Shown here: positions 47,965 to 58,422 of the stretch, piece after piece
Layout of the letters: each line of letters opens with the position of its first letter
How positions within the stretch are numbered: position 1 is the first letter of the stretch
Assembly (NCBI GenBank): GCA_965242965.1
Contig: OZ251518.1
Location: forward strand, 371,680-435,679
Reading direction: 5' to 3'
DNA length: 64,000 nt
Source of the DNA: Candidatus Poribacteria bacterium
GTDB taxonomy: Bacteria; Poribacteria; WGA-4E; WGA-3G
Translations under genes and position numbers: made by a program
The notes under the pieces: generated by a model
Database searches by the model: none
The model's input: the letters and a program-made list of their open reading frames with translations, nothing else
What the model was told of the DNA's origin: nothing

Positions 47965-48600
47965 TGGTTCAACGTCGCGGGGGACAGGCCCCCGCGCTAC
48001 GGTTAAAAAAACGCCGCCCCATCCCGTAGGGCTTGGGCCCTCGCATGCCATACGCGCATGCGAGAGGGTTTCCCTCGCCATGCGTTTTGGTGTCAGAGCG
48101 CCTCACCCCTGTAGTTCAGGAGCGCCTGCTCCTGACCCGTTCGGGAGCGGGCGCTCCCGAACTACAGAGGGGGAAACCCTCATCGTAACGATGGAGATCG
48201 CGGGGGACAGGCCCCCGCGCTACGGTAGGTGGGGCGTGCGCTCATCACGTCTGTAGGTCAGGAGCGCCTGCTCCTGACCCGTTCGGGAGCGGGTGCTCCC
48301 GAACTACAGAGGGGGAAACCCTCATCGTAACGATGGAGATCGCGGGGGACAGGCCCCCGCGCTACGGTAGGTGGGGCGTGCGCTCATCACGTCTGTAGGC
48401 AGGAGCACCTGCTCCTGACCCGTTCGGGAGCGGGTGCTCCCGAACTACAGAAGGGGAAACCCTCATCGTGACGATGGCGATCGCGGGGGACAGGCCCCCG
48501 CGCTACGGTAGGTGGGGCGTGCGCTCATCACGTCTGTAGTTCAGGAGCGCCTGCTCCTGACCCGTTCGGGAGCAGGCGCTCCCGAACTACAGAAGGGGAA
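47965..48600. repeat. REP cluster. From 48107, a tandem array of 3.4 copies of a 143-bp composite unit (family 2 double hairpin + linker + family 1 hairpin).
   Basis: Units start at 48107, 48250, 48392 and 48535 with near-identical sequence. Confidence 0.85.
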
Positions 48601-48624
48601 ACACTCATCATCCTGATTTTAAAC

Positions 48625-48654
48625 TTGCAATGCATTGCGAATTTAAGGTATAAT
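48625..48654 (+). promoter_or_regulatory. Sigma70 promoter TTGCAA-N18-TATAAT. The ATG at 48661 lies 7 nt downstream, so the mRNA is leaderless or near-leaderless.
   Basis: Consensus -10. No RBS before the ATG. Confidence 0.5.
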
Positions 48655-48660
48655 CACATT

Positions 48661-51600
48661 ATGACAACACTTAACCTGAAACCAACTCACAAAGCGATAA
48701 CCGCCTATTATGCCGCACTCAACAGGTATCAACAGCACGGGGTAACCCACGAAACCGCCGTGCGCGCCGCCTTTCAAGCACTCCTCGAAGCCTGCACGCG
48801 ACAACTTGACTGGACGCTGATTTGTGAACAGACACTACGCCTCCCCGATAGAAATCCTATCCGCCTCGATGGCGCGCTGCTCGACGAACATAGTTTGCCC
48901 CGCGGCACCTGGGAGGCAAAAGGCGTTAAAGGAGCTCTCCGCGCCGAAATCAATAAGAAATTCGACGCAGGCTATCCCCAGGACAACATCCTCTTCCAAA
49001 CACCGGAACGCGCCATTCTCTATCAAAACGGACGCGAAGTGATGGACGCAGACATCACCGCACCGGAAACGCTTGTCACGGTGTTGCAGACGTTCTTTGC
49101 CTACGAGCGCGCGAACGCCGCCGAATGGCGCGCCGCCGTCGCACGCTTCAAAGAACTTGTCCCCGAACTCGGGGCGGAGGCGGCGAACCTTATCCAAACG
49201 CAGCACGAAACAAACGCGCAATTCCGCGCCGATTTCACCGCGTTTCACGAACTCTGCAAAACCGCCATCAACCCGAATCTCTCGGCGGCGGCTGTCCAAG
49301 AGATGCTCGTCCAACATCTTCTCACCGAACGGATGTTCCGCACTGTCTTCGAGGATCCGGATTTCGCCCACCGCAATATCATCGCCCGCGAAATTGAAAA
49401 AGTCCTCAAGGGAACACTGGCGAACTTCCTCAACCGCGGCCAACTGCTCCAAAAACTCACGCCGTTCTATCGCGAAATCGAACGCGAGGCAGCTACACTC
49501 GTCGATTTCTCGCAGAAACAGCACTTCCTCAACACCGTTTACGAGCAGTTCTTCCAAGGCTTCTCCGTGAAGCAGGCGGATACGCACGGCATCGTTTACA
49601 CCCCGCAGCCTATCGTCGATTTTATGGCGAACAGCGTCCAGCATATCCTCCAAACCGAATTCGACCACGCGCTGGCAGATGAAGGCGTTCACATCATCGA
49701 TGCGTTCGTCGGCACCGGCAACTTCATCGTCCGACTCATGCGCGACATCCCCAAGACGAAACTGGAGGCGAAATACCGAAACGAACTCTGGTGCAACGAA
49801 GTGCTGTTATTGCCTTATTACATCGCCACGCTCAACATCGAGCACGAATTCTACGCCGCCACCGGCACCTATCTGCCGTTTGAAGGCATCTCCCTCGTGG
49901 ATACGTTCGAGTTAGCGGAAGACCGGCAGTTGTCGCTCTTAACCGCTGAAAACACGGCGCGTGTGGCGAAGCAGCAAGCCTCGCCGATGTTCGTCGTCAT
50001 CGGAAATCCGCCCTATAACGCCGGGCAAATCAACGAAAACGATAACAACAAAAATCGGAATTATCCGACGCTGGAGGCGCGCGTGCGAGAAACCTATGCG
50101 AAAGACTCCACCGCAACGCTCAAAAATTCGCTCTATGACACTTACGTCAAGGCACTTCGTTGGGCTTCCGATAGGATTGGCAAACAGGGGATCGTCGCGC
50201 TCGTCACGAATAACAGTTTTCTTAGCGGCACCTCGTTTGATGGCATGCGGAAACACCTCGCTGAAGACTTTGATGCCATCTATGTCGTCGATTTGGGCGG
50301 CAATGCGCGGCGTGATAAACTTGTCGCTGATGCAAGCGTTTTTGGTATCCGCGTCGGGGTGAGTATTAATTTTTTCGTGAAAAACCCTTCCCGGCGATCG
50401 CGGGGGACAGGCCCCCGCGCTACGGTGCCTTCCGGTCTCGATGGGATCGCGGGGGACAGGCCCCCGCGCTACGGTAACGGGGAAAATTCCGCGCGCATCT
50501 TCTATTACCGCACCGATGACGCGTGGAACAAACACCAGAAATTCGATTTCTTGACGCAAACTGAACACGTTGGGAATGTGGACTGGCAAACGCTAGAACC
50601 CGATGCACGAAATACCTGGCTCACCGAAGGACTCAACCCTGAATTTTTGACGTTCATGCCGATAGGGAGCAAAACGGCAAAACGGGAAAAAAAGGAGCCC
50701 GCCGGGGTGATATTCCACCAGTTCAGCAACGGTTTGAAAACAAACCGGGATGCATGGGCTTACAACTTCAACCGCGATGCGCTCGCTGAAAACATGCAGC
50801 GCATGATAGGTGCCTATAACGCGCAGGTCTCCCAGTGGCGCGATAGGGACGACAACGCGGAGATAAGTGTTGACGATTTTGTCGATGCCGACTTGCGGAA
50901 AATCAAATGGAGTGGCGATTTGAAAACCGCTCTCAAAAAAGGGGTTTTCGCGGCGTTTTCCAATGAAAAATTGCGAACGTCTCTCTACCGTCCTTTCACC
51001 CGTTCTTTTCTGTTCTTCGACCGGCTCATGAATAACGGCACCTTTCTTCAGCCCTATATCTTCCCTACGCCGGAGACAGAAAAGGAAAATCTCGTTCTCT
51101 CTGCCGCGGGAACTGGGCATCGGACGGGATTTGGCTGTCTCGTCTCAAACGTCATTCCCAATGTAGATCTTGCCTATGAAAAAGGGCAGTGCTTCCCGTT
51201 CTACTTTTACGATGAAGATGGCACTAACCGCCGAGAAAACATCACCGATTGGGCATTGGAAAACTTCCGCAAGCACTATGGCGACGATACCATCACGAAA
51301 TGGAACATTTTCCACTACACCTACGGTATCTTGCATCATCCTGCGTATCGCGAACGTTACGCCGCTGATCTCAAGCGCGATTTACCGCATATCCCCTACG
51401 CCGACGATTTCTGGGCATTTGCAAACGCCGGCGCACGGTTAGCGGAACTTCATGTCAACTACGAGGCGCAGCCGGAGTATCCGCTCACGTTTGTCGAAGA
51501 TGCGACGCGGCAGTTGGATTTCCGCGTGGAAAAAATGAGGTTGTCCAAGGACAAGACCTCGCTTATCTATAACGAGTTTCTGACGTTGGAGGGGATTCCT

Positions 51601-51813
51601 GCGGCGGTGTTTTCGTATCGCTTGGGTCAGTATTCGGCGTTGGAGTGGGTGGTGAAGCAGTATCGTGTGAAGGCGGATGCGCGGAGTGGTATTGTGAACG
51701 ATCCGAACGATGCGTCGAATCCGCGTTATATCGTGGAGCTCATCGGTTCGGTGGTTACGGTGAGTTTGGAGACGTGTAAGATTGTTGGGGGTTTGCCATC
51801 GTTTCGTTCGTGA
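48661..51813 (+). CDS. Type IIG/IIL (MmeI-like) restriction-modification enzyme: N-terminal PD-ExK nuclease motif + gamma-class N6-adenine MTase + C-terminal TRD. Has an in-frame repeat insertion at 50395..50470.
   Basis: D76...E85-A-K87 (LLDEH...TWEAKG), comparable to MmeI D70/E80/K82. Motif X VYTPQ, motif I IIDAFVGTGNF, motif IV GNPPYNAGQ. Confidence 0.65.
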   Translation: MTTLNLKPTHKAITAYYAALNRYQQHGVTHETAVRAAFQALLEACTRQLDWTLICEQTLRLPDRNPIRLDGALLDEHSLPRGTWEAKGVKGALRAEINKKFDAGYPQDNILFQTPERAILYQNGREVMDADITAPETLVTVLQTFFAYERANAAEWRAAVARFKELVPELGAEAANLIQTQHETNAQFRADFTAFHELCKTAINPNLSAAAVQEMLVQHLLTERMFRTVFEDPDFAHRNIIAREIEKVLKGTLANFLNRGQLLQKLTPFYREIEREAATLVDFSQKQHFLNTVYEQFFQGFSVKQADTHGIVYTPQPIVDFMANSVQHILQTEFDHALADEGVHIIDAFVGTGNFIVRLMRDIPKTKLEAKYRNELWCNEVLLLPYYIATLNIEHEFYAATGTYLPFEGISLVDTFELAEDRQLSLLTAENTARVAKQQASPMFVVIGNPPYNAGQINENDNNKNRNYPTLEARVRETYAKDSTATLKNSLYDTYVKALRWASDRIGKQGIVALVTNNSFLSGTSFDGMRKHLAEDFDAIYVVDLGGNARRDKLVADASVFGIRVGVSINFFVKNPSRRSRGTGPRATVPSGLDGIAGDRPPRYGNGENSARIFYYRTDDAWNKHQKFDFLTQTEHVGNVDWQTLEPDARNTWLTEGLNPEFLTFMPIGSKTAKREKKEPAGVIFHQFSNGLKTNRDAWAYNFNRDALAENMQRMIGAYNAQVSQWRDRDDNAEISVDDFVDADLRKIKWSGDLKTALKKGVFAAFSNEKLRTSLYRPFTRSFLFFDRLMNNGTFLQPYIFPTPETEKENLVLSAAGTGHRTGFGCLVSNVIPNVDLAYEKGQCFPFYFYDEDGTNRRENITDWALENFRKHYGDDTITKWNIFHYTYGILHHPAYRERYAADLKRDLPHIPYADDFWAFANAGARLAELHVNYEAQPEYPLTFVEDATRQLDFRVEKMRLSKDKTSLIYNEFLTLEGIPAAVFSYRLGQYSALEWVVKQYRVKADARSGIVNDPNDASNPRYIVELIGSVVTVSLETCKIVGGLPSFRS
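50395..50470. repeat. Two family-1 hairpins (CGATCGCGGGGGACAGGCCCCCGCGCTACGG) inserted in-frame in the RM gene
   Basis: They encode ...RSRGTGPRATVPSGLDGIAGDRPPRYG... Confidence 0.8.
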
Positions 51814-51824
51814 AAAAAACGCCG

Positions 51825-52270
51825 TCATGTTACGTAGGGCGGGGGCCTGTCCCCCGCCATGCTGCGGTCTACCGGAAACTCGCGAGGGACAGGCCCTCGC
51901 GCTACGGAAAAAAACGCTGCTACGTTACGTAGGGCGGGGGCCTGTCCCCCGCCATGCTGCGATCTCTAGGCTCTGTAGTTCGGGAGCAGGCGCTCCCGAA
52001 CTACAGTGGGCCCGATGCGCGCCCCCCCAACGGGGATAAAGCATCCGAGCGGGTTTCCCTCGCCATGCAACGATCGCGAGGGACAGGCCCTCGCGCTACG
52101 GTGAAAAAACGCATCCCCGCCATCGCGCGCGCCAGTTTCTGTAGTTCAGGAGCGCCTGATCCTGACCCGTTTGTGATCAGGCGATCACAAACTACAGAGT
52201 GGGCCCGATGCGCGCCAGGTTCTGTAGGTCAGGATCGCCTGATCCTGACCTATTCGGGAGCAGGTGCTCC
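51825..52270. repeat. REP cluster (families 1, 2)
   Basis: Direct reading. Confidence 0.85.
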
Positions 52271-52308
52271 CGAACTACAAACCGAGGAATTGACAATAGG
52301 ACTACGTT

Positions 52309-53673
52309 ATGCAAGAAAACAGACACAATCAAACGCCACGCGAAATCCGAAAAATTGATAAGGCGCATGTGTGGCATCCGCTTTTTCAACATCAACGGCT
52401 TGAAGAGACAGACCTGCTCGTCATCAAGTCGGCGCACGGGACGACGCTTGTGGACGAAGAAGGCAGGGAATATTTAGACGCATACTCGGCACTGTGGAAC
52501 GTCAACGTCGGCTATGGCAGGCAGGAGATTGCGGATGCAGTCTACGCGCAGATTCAGCAGTTGCCGTATTATCCGCACTCGCAGATTAACGCGCCGGCGA
52601 CGATGCTGGCGGAGCAGTTATCGGCGTGCTTGCCGGGCGATCTGAACCACGTCTATTTCTGCAACAGCGGTTCTGAGGCGAATGAGACGGCTATCAAGAT
52701 TGCGCGCCAATACGGGAGGCAAACCTACCCGGGTGAGAATCGCTATAAAATCATCAGTCGGTATCGCGGGTATCATGGATTCACTTACGGCGCGTTGTCG
52801 GCGACGGGACAGGCGCGTCGGCGGAAGGCGTTTGAGCCGCTCGTCCCTGGTTTTTACCACGCGCAGCCGCCTTACTGTTATCGGTGTCCGTTAGGCTTAG
52901 CATCTTCTACTTGCAACGTCGGTTGCGCCGAGGACATCGCGCGGATTATTCAGTCTGAGGGCCCCGAGACGGTGATTGCCGTTATCGCGGAACCTATCAT
53001 CGGTGGGGGCGGCGTGATTGTGCCGCCGGCTGAATATTTGCCGAAACTCCGCGAAATCTGCGATGCTTATGGGCTGCTGCTTATCCTTGACGAAGTGATT
53101 ACAGGGTTTGGAAGGACCGGGAAGATGTTCGCATGTGAGCATTGGGGGGTCCAACCAGACCTGATTACGCTTGCCAAGGGGTTGACGAGCGGCTATGTCC
53201 CCCTCGGTGCGTGTGTTGCATCGACGAAGGTGTTTGAGGCGTTCCTCGGTGGGCCCGATGATAATAACGAGTTCGCGCAGGTTTGCACCTATGGTGGACA
53301 TCCTGTCGCTTGCGCCGCCGGTGTGGCGAATCTGAACATTTTGCAGGAAGAACGTCTCTGGGAAAACGCCGATAAGGTGGGGAGTTATCTCCTTGAAAAA
53401 CTGACGACGTTGAAAACTTTGCCTATCGTTGGTGATGTGCGCGGCAAAGGTTTGATGTTGGCGGTGGAGTTAGTTCAGGCTGATGGCGCGCATCTGGAAA
53501 CGGCGCACACGAACCGTATCGTCGGTGCATTGCGCGAGAAAGGCGTTATCGTCGGTAAGATTGGACACGCCGTGGACGAACCGGAGAACATCATTTTCAT
53601 CGCGCCACCGCTCATTCTCACTGAGGTTGAGGCGGATAGAATTTTTGAGACGCTCCGTGCTGTTCTCCGGTAG
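52309..53673 (+). CDS. Class III PLP aminotransferase (omega-transaminase/BioA-like)
   Basis: [33 protein letters not shown] motifs. Confidence 0.8.
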   Translation: MQENRHNQTPREIRKIDKAHVWHPLFQHQRLEETDLLVIKSAHGTTLVDEEGREYLDAYSALWNVNVGYGRQEIADAVYAQIQQLPYYPHSQINAPATMLAEQLSACLPGDLNHVYFCNSGSEANETAIKIARQYGRQTYPGENRYKIISRYRGYHGFTYGALSATGQARRRKAFEPLVPGFYHAQPPYCYRCPLGLASSTCNVGCAEDIARIIQSEGPETVIAVIAEPIIGGGGVIVPPAEYLPKLREICDAYGLLLILDEVITGFGRTGKMFACEHWGVQPDLITLAKGLTSGYVPLGACVASTKVFEAFLGGPDDNNEFAQVCTYGGHPVACAAGVANLNILQEERLWENADKVGSYLLEKLTTLKTLPIVGDVRGKGLMLAVELVQADGAHLETAHTNRIVGALREKGVIVGKIGHAVDEPENIIFIAPPLILTEVEADRIFETLRAVLR

Positions 53674-53727
53674 CAGGACGCTTGCAAACGTCTGCAAACG
53701 TTCAGGGTTTTCCCGAAAATCGGGGTG

Positions 53728-54591
53728 TTACGCGAGGTATTTATCGAGCAGGAAGCTGAGCCGTTGTCGCGCGGCAGGCGAAATTTTATCGGGCTGCGTG
53801 GCAATCGCGCCTTCAAGCGCGTTTTCACAGCTGCACGTTCGCTGAGTCTCGGTAATCTTCGCCACGGCACTTCGCACTGTCTGTTTTGATACCTCAACGT
53901 TGGCGCGGACATTGCCGAGAACCATATCGTTGGTGACAGCATCGTGTTCGGGATGCCAGCAGTCGTAATCGGTGGTGCAGGCGAGGAGCGCGTAACACAT
54001 TTCCGCTTCGCGTGCGAGTTTCGCTTCCGGTGCCGCTGTCATCCCAATGATGTCAAATCCGAAGTGCCGGTAGACTTCGGATTCGGCGCGGGTTGAGAAG
54101 GCGGGGCCCTCCATACAGAGATAGGTGCCGCCCCAATGCACAGTCGCGCCTGCTTCCTCTGCGGCGGTATGTAAACACGTGCTCATAAGTGGACAGAAGG
54201 GGTGCGCGAGGCTCACATGCGCAGTGACACCCTCACCGAAAAAGGTGCTGTTGCGGTGTTTCGTGTTGTCATAGAGTTGCTCTGGCACGACGAAATGCCG
54301 CGGTTCGATCTCCAGTTTCAGACTGCCGACGGCACTGACGGAGATGAGATTTTCGACACCTAGGGTTTTCAAGGCGTAGATATTGGCACGGGCATTCACC
54401 TCTGAGGGGAGCGTCCGGTGCCCGGCACCGTGGCGCGGTAGAAAAACCACCGGAATTCCATCAAGGCTGCCGACGATGAGCGCGTCGCTCGGTTTCCCGA
54501 AGGGGGTTTCTACTTCGGTTCTTTCGATGTCGGTTAAGCCGTCCATTTGATAAAAGCCGCTGCCGCCGATAATTCCGATTTTAATAGACAT
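53728..54591 (-). CDS. mtnP: S-methyl-5'-thioadenosine phosphorylase
   Basis: KIGIIGGSGFY...VGSL..E..P..FV.P.Q.....H..TFF...V.HVS...PFC, PNP/MTAP family. Confidence 0.8.
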   Translation of the reverse strand: MSIKIGIIGGSGFYQMDGLTDIERTEVETPFGKPSDALIVGSLDGIPVVFLPRHGAGHRTLPSEVNARANIYALKTLGVENLISVSAVGSLKLEIEPRHFVVPEQLYDNTKHRNSTFFGEGVTAHVSLAHPFCPLMSTCLHTAAEEAGATVHWGGTYLCMEGPAFSTRAESEVYRHFGFDIIGMTAAPEAKLAREAEMCYALLACTTDYDCWHPEHDAVTNDMVLGNVRANVEVSKQTVRSAVAKITETQRTCSCENALEGAIATQPDKISPAARQRLSFLLDKYLA

Positions 54592-54639
54592 ACGTTCTCC
54601 TAAAAAGCGTTGGGATTGTGAGGTTCATCCTATTGTTTG

Positions 54640-54805
54640 TCGAGACCAGGAGGTCTCTCCTACTGTCTTTCAAGACTCCGGAATCCGTAGGGCGAGGGCC
54701 TGTCCCTCGCCACCTTGCAAGCCCCCGGGATCCGTAGGGCGAGGGCCTGTCCCTCGCCACCTTGCAAGCCCCCGGGATCCGTAGGGCGAGGGCCTGTCCC
54801 TCGCC
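54640..54805. repeat. REP cluster (family 3, then 3 tandem copies of GGGATCCGTAGGGCGAGGGCCTGTCCCTCGCCACCTTGCAAGCCCCC)
   Basis: Direct reading. Confidence 0.85.
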
Positions 54806-54834
54806 ACCTTGCAAGACTAATTGAGAAACGAAAC

Positions 54835-55656
54835 ATGGCACTTTTGCACTGTGGCAATTTAACACTTGAAGGCAAATCCAGCTCCGCTGTGGCCACCTAT
54901 ATCCGAGTGAAAGAGCTCGATCTGGTTTTCGATTTAGGCAGGTGTCCGATGCATTTTATCGGCACCAACAACGTCTTCATCTCGCATTTTCACTTGGACC
55001 ACTATTTCGGGCTGCCCATCTATATCAGCCAACGGTGGCTTTCTGATATACCGCCGGGGAACATCTATGTGCCTTCAAGTGGGTTTCGCCAGTTGACACA
55101 CATTTTGGATATGATTTCTGCACTGGATATGGGGCGACGCTGGGCATATAGCGTCACGCCGGTGCATGTGGGCGATGCGATTCCGTTTCGGCAGAATCTC
55201 ATGGCGCACATTCTACCGGGCAACCACAGTGTTCCCGCTGTCTCTTACCTCATTTGTGAGGTTCGCAAAAAACTCAAGCCTGAGTTCCATGCATTGCAGG
55301 GGCATGAGATTGCCGCCCTCAAGCATTCCGGCACCGAGGTGACGACAGAGGTGCAGTTGCCGCTCATCGCCTATCTTGGTGACACGCGCGGGATTCCGTT
55401 GGATGCGCATCCGTTGCTTAAACAGTGCCAGGTTCTGATTTGTGAATGCACGTTTGTCCTGCCGGAGCATCGCGCGCGTGCGAAAAAGACGATGCACCTG
55501 CATCTCGACATGCTGCTGCCGATGTTAGCCGAACTTGAGAGTGAACATGTCGTGTTGACGCACTTCTCCCGCCGCTATACACCGGAACTTATCCGGCAGA
55601 CAGTTTTCAACCGTTTGCCAGTGAAGGAACGTTCACGCGTTAAGTTATTCCTGTGA
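54835..55656 (+). CDS. MBL-fold metallo-hydrolase (RNase Z/ElaC-like)
   Basis: HFHLDH zinc-binding motif. ATG at 54835 after the repeat cluster. Confidence 0.65.
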   Translation: MALLHCGNLTLEGKSSSAVATYIRVKELDLVFDLGRCPMHFIGTNNVFISHFHLDHYFGLPIYISQRWLSDIPPGNIYVPSSGFRQLTHILDMISALDMGRRWAYSVTPVHVGDAIPFRQNLMAHILPGNHSVPAVSYLICEVRKKLKPEFHALQGHEIAALKHSGTEVTTEVQLPLIAYLGDTRGIPLDAHPLLKQCQVLICECTFVLPEHRARAKKTMHLHLDMLLPMLAELESEHVVLTHFSRRYTPELIRQTVFNRLPVKERSRVKLFL

Positions 55657-55700
55657 GGGAAGTTCTGGCAGGCGCGTTTTCCTTTCCCGTGAGGTTGTCT

Positions 55701-56450
55701 CTATTTCAAGGCACGTTTCATTTTCCCCCACGTCGTTGTCAATTTATGTGTCGCTTCGACGGCGAGTCCTTGCGTAGCGAGCTGCAAGAGTTCATCTTCA
55801 GACAACGCCCGGTCGAATATCATCACCTCATCAATAATTCCTTTGAAATAGCGATTTCCGCCGCAACAATCCACCCATGCGATATTCAGCGCGCCGATTT
55901 CTTGCTCAACGTGCGGAATATCGTTGACTCCCTTATCCAATCCGTTGGCATCGGTATAGATGTAAAGCGTCGCCTGCTTGGGTTCAATTGTCATCGCGGC
56001 GAGTGCCCATTCGTCTTGCGGAATTTCGGGTCCGCCGTCCCACCGCCATGTGTCAGCGGCGTTGTTATTCCAGACGTAGTGCAGGAAATCGTTATCGCCG
56101 AAGATGAGTTCGGTGGCAGTCGGTGTGCGCGAACCGACGATGCCTGCCCAGTCGTTGGCTTTCCAGCCGTTAATCCACGCGGCGTAAGTCGTTGTCGTGG
56201 TGATAAGGTTATAGTCGGGGATTTGGATTTTCTGTGAGCTGCCGTCAAACTTCGCGCCTTTCCCGACGCGTGCGTCTACCCAGGTCAGTTTTCCGACAGC
56301 TTCGCCATCGTCTTTACCGATGCTATCGGTTGCATCTCCATCGAGGGGCCAGTAGTTGACGAGGCCATCTTGCAGGTCCGCGGCGATAGCGATGTTGAGT
56401 GCCATGCAGAGGCAAATGATAACAAAGCCGGTGGTTTTAAGCGTTAACAT
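55701..56450 (-). CDS. Secreted LamG/concanavalin-like domain protein. C-terminal tail HKLTTTWGKMKRALK.
   Basis: Signal peptide. YWPLDGDATD...GKGAKFDGSSQKIQIP...DEVMIFDRALSEDEL LamG pattern. Confidence 0.6.
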   Translation of the reverse strand: MLTLKTTGFVIICLCMALNIAIAADLQDGLVNYWPLDGDATDSIGKDDGEAVGKLTWVDARVGKGAKFDGSSQKIQIPDYNLITTTTTYAAWINGWKANDWAGIVGSRTPTATELIFGDNDFLHYVWNNNAADTWRWDGGPEIPQDEWALAAMTIEPKQATLYIYTDANGLDKGVNDIPHVEQEIGALNIAWVDCCGGNRYFKGIIDEVMIFDRALSEDELLQLATQGLAVEATHKLTTTWGKMKRALK

Positions 56451-56499
56451 AAGCGTTCCTCTCTGTTGTTCTGAGTCAGAATTTGTGGTGGGCCCCTCC

Positions 56500-56800
56500 T
56501 ACAGTAAGATATCGGTTCCACCTCTGTAGTTCGGGAGCGCCCGATCTCGAACGGATCAGGATCTGGCGATCCTGATCTACAGAATCAGCGTGGCGATCGA
56601 ACGATGGCGAGGGACAGGCCCTCGCCCTACGTGAATGGGCGGCGTTTTTTTCATCGTAGCGCGGGGGCCCTCGCATGCCATACGCGCATGCGAGCGGGTT
56701 TCCCCCGCGATCGTTGCATGGCGAGGGACAGGCCCTCGCCCTACGGTAAGCAGCACGTTTTCCCTCATCCCGCGATCGTTGCACGGCGAGGGACAGGTTT
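56500..56800. repeat. REP cluster (families 2, 1)
   Basis: Direct reading. Confidence 0.85.
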
Positions 56801-56832
56801 TCACACCGCCCTACGTGCTGTCCGAACGAGGC

Positions 56833-58206
56833 TTAGCTGCCGCTGCTGCCGGGATATGAATTCGCGTCCTGGTCAGATGTTCCTTCTTCTTGTTCTTGGT
56901 AGAAGAGGTATCCATCCTGGTCCTGGTCGAGTTCAAACTGCCGGACGATTTGTTCTGCTTCGCGGAGGTAAGGCGTGTCGCCCTTGGTGATGCTCATATA
57001 TGCCTTGAACCCCTCGTAAGCGGAACCGAACTCCCGGATTGCGCGGTAGCAGATAGCCTGCTGGTAAACGGCTTCATTGCGCCATGTGGATTCAGGCGCG
57101 TTTTCAAAGAGGCTGTCGTATGCACGGATGGCGCGTTCGTATTCGCCGTTCTGCTGGTAGAGCGTGCCGGCGCGGTAGAGCGCGTCTGCGGCGGCGAACT
57201 TCTTATGCGATACCTCCGTGGCTAACGTTTCGTATGCCTCAATGGCCCTGGGATAGTTTCGGAGTTTCTCCCAGTTGCTCGCTACCTGTTGGAAACTCTG
57301 GACAACCAGGTCAGCCATGCCCATGCGCCATCTATCCGCCGGTGTAATCTTCCTGCCGGATTTTTCGTATTCCACCGCTTTCTTACTGCGATTCTGCTCA
57401 ATTTCGTCCATCAGCTGCTTAATATCTGTCAAGACATCGGCTGTCTGCTTCAGGAGTGTTGAGGCTTGCGATGCTTCGTAAGATTCGGGGAACTTTTCGG
57501 TGACAGCGACGAATGCGGGCCAGCCGCCGGTGTAGTCGTAGAGTTCGTAAAAATAGATGTTGCCGATCTGGAATTGCGCCTGCGGTGCTTTGGCGTGTTC
57601 CACGAATTCCTCGCCCATCCGTTCGTAATTTCGGATGGCTTCGGGATAGTTTTCCAACGCTTCGTATGCCCGCGCGACTTCGTAGAGTGCATCGGCAGCG
57701 ATGTTAAAGGTTTCGTCCTTCGGATCCGCGTCATAGAGTGCCTTGTAGTTCTGGTATTCGGCACGCTTATCCTTAATGATTTGGCGGTTCTTCCGGATGT
57801 TCGCCGTTCCGCTTTTCGCCTCGTTGGCGTAATAGCCGGTGGGTGCAAGCGCGACGATTGCCTGATAATGCTCGGTGGCTTTATCCCACTCATACTGCCG
57901 TTTATAGATTTCCGCAATCTGGTAGTGGGCGCGCTGGGCATATTTGCCCTTGGCATCACGTTCGATGACTTCGAGATAGAGTTGCATCGCGCGAGCGTAG
58001 CGTTTCTGCTGCTCGGCACGGTTTTTCTGCATTTTTCCCGGGTCTTCGTCCTGCACTTTCATCGATGCCGCTTCGTTAAAAGCGTTATCGGCGTTCTGCA
58101 GTTTCGCGCCGAGTGGGACGATGCTCACACCGCCTGGCCCACAACCGACGAACAGCGTCGCAGTCAGCAAGGCGATGATGAGGAACATGGGGGTAAACCG
58201 GTTCAT
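56833..58206 (-). CDS. TPR-repeat lipoprotein
   Basis: Signal plus LFVGCG lipobox. Multiple TPR-like A..Y..A......Y.EA units. Confidence 0.65.
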   Translation of the reverse strand: MNRFTPMFLIIALLTATLFVGCGPGGVSIVPLGAKLQNADNAFNEAASMKVQDEDPGKMQKNRAEQQKRYARAMQLYLEVIERDAKGKYAQRAHYQIAEIYKRQYEWDKATEHYQAIVALAPTGYYANEAKSGTANIRKNRQIIKDKRAEYQNYKALYDADPKDETFNIAADALYEVARAYEALENYPEAIRNYERMGEEFVEHAKAPQAQFQIGNIYFYELYDYTGGWPAFVAVTEKFPESYEASQASTLLKQTADVLTDIKQLMDEIEQNRSKKAVEYEKSGRKITPADRWRMGMADLVVQSFQQVASNWEKLRNYPRAIEAYETLATEVSHKKFAAADALYRAGTLYQQNGEYERAIRAYDSLFENAPESTWRNEAVYQQAICYRAIREFGSAYEGFKAYMSITKGDTPYLREAEQIVRQFELDQDQDGYLFYQEQEEGTSDQDANSYPGSSGS

Positions 58207-58364
58207 TGTTATCCTCCTTAAGGTTTGCGTGCCAGCATTTTTCAGCTGGCGTTTATCGAATTATATCAGCATTCCGTTCATTATTTTATTTATTATACCA
58301 AATGTGCAAAAATTGTCAAGAATTTTTTTGAGATTTTTTGTCTGCATCAGGATTTTAAAGTGCT

Positions 58365-58393
58365 TGACAATTTTTTGAAAATATGTCAAAATA
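58365..58393 (+). promoter_or_regulatory. Sigma70-like promoter TTGACA-N17-CAAAAT (weak -10)
   Basis: Consensus -35 upstream of 58423. Confidence 0.35.
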
Positions 58394-58422
58394 GAGATAT
58401 CTTGAATATAGGGAGGCGAATT

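Noticed and set aside
47965-48600. Possible CRISPR array (regular ~143-bp tandem units), and in general the repeat clusters
   Set aside because: The units are composite palindromes identical to dispersed REP families. There are no unique spacers of uniform length, no leader, and no cas genes. Elsewhere the repeat spacing is irregular.
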